Shown here: piece after piece, positions 22,995-24,005 of the stretch | Layout of the letters: each line of letters opens with the position of its first letter | How positions within the stretch are numbered: the stretch's first letter is position 1 | Assembly (NCBI RefSeq): GCF_006345805.1 | Contig: NW_021836456.1 | Location: 1 to 24,005 of the forward strand | Length of the DNA: 24,005 nucleotides | Origin: Octopus sinensis | Lineage: Eukaryota | Direction: 5' to 3' | The notes under the pieces: generated by a model | Database searches by the model: none | What the model was told of the DNA's origin: nothing | Seen by the model: the letters and a program-made list of their open reading frames with translations, nothing else | Translations under genes and position numbers: made by a program

Positions 22995-23084
<90 letters not shown>

Positions 23085-23467
23085 GTCTGTCTATCTGTCT
23101 GTCTATCTATCTATCTATCTTATTGATCGTTTTTTTTTTCCTCTTCCCTTTTTTCCCCCTTTTTTCTTCTTTTTTCATTTCTCTTTTCTTTTTTTCCTTT
23201 TCCTTTTCTTCTTTTTTTTTATTTATTTTTCTTTTGTTCTTCTTTTTCCCTTTTACGATCCCTTTTGATCGAAAACCTACGCCACCTTTTTTTTGTTTCT
23301 TTTGTTTTTTTGTTTTTTTCATCCCCCAAAAGAAAGCTCTACCTTGTAACTTGTCCCATCTGTGTGCAGCCCTGTGTGGCCAATAAAGAAACTTATCTAT
23401 CAATCTATCTATCTATCTATCTGTCTCTCTGTCTATCTGTCTCTCTGTCTATCTATCTATCTGTCTG

Positions 23468-23551
<84 letters not shown>

Positions 23552-23572
23552 ACTACCTATTTATCTATCTAA

Positions 23573-23607
<35 letters not shown>

Positions 23608-23620
23608 ACTACCTACCTAT
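22995..23620. repeat. (TCTA)n tracts flanking a polypyrimidine (T/C) tract
   Basis: (TCTA)n at 22995-23120 and 23395-23620; T/C-rich stretch at 23130-23330. Confidence 0.93.
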
Positions 23621-24005
23621 CCGTCAACATATGCGTGTGCGTGTGTGTGTGTATGCATGAATATACGTATATAAATAGATACGTATACATTTTCATAAGC
23701 AAATACTGAAACATCGAATGAGTTGGTATTTTTGAAATGAAGGGAACCTCGAATGCGAGAGAATAGCCGGATCTTCTGAACAGTTTTCACAGCTAATCTC
23801 TTACGTTTGAGATTTCCTTCATTTCTAAAATACACGTGTGCGTGTGTGTGCTTGTGTATGTGCGTATGTGTGTGTGCGTGTGTGCGTGTGTGTAGTTAGT
23901 TAGCTAGCTAGTTAGTATGCATCCATATTCTTTATAAGGAAATAATAATCTACTTTTAGAGGAAGAAGACGAAATGGGAAGTCGTATGATCCGTGATGTT
24001 CCTGT

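Overview
Eukaryotic, very repeat-dense DNA, probably intronic or intergenic. The SINE types and extreme microsatellite load suggest a coleoid cephalopod (Octopus-like) genome; this is an inference, not a database result. No intact protein-coding gene is supported, and almost all listed ORFs are microsatellite read-throughs. The window holds four tRNA-derived SINE families (2-4 copies each, several with target-site duplications, one nested insertion). It also holds three decayed fragments of restriction-like-endonuclease (R4/Dong-type) non-LTR retrotransposons, two of them embedded in (TAA)n tracts. Other elements are an internally deleted mariner with intact TIRs, a Tc2-like MITE, a fold-back element, a degenerate 55-bp minisatellite of about 3 kb and a 1.55-kb (TATG)n tract. 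The most notable observation is in four dissimilar small repeat elements (5.8, 8.4, 14.6 and 22.4 kb). Each carries the hammerhead ribozyme core (NUH, GAAA, CUGANGA) with correctly registered stems I and III that differ in sequence but keep pairing. The three core strands occur in the order NUH - GAAA - CUGANGA, which is not one of the three circular permutations (types I-III). Stem II support is weak and activity is untested.
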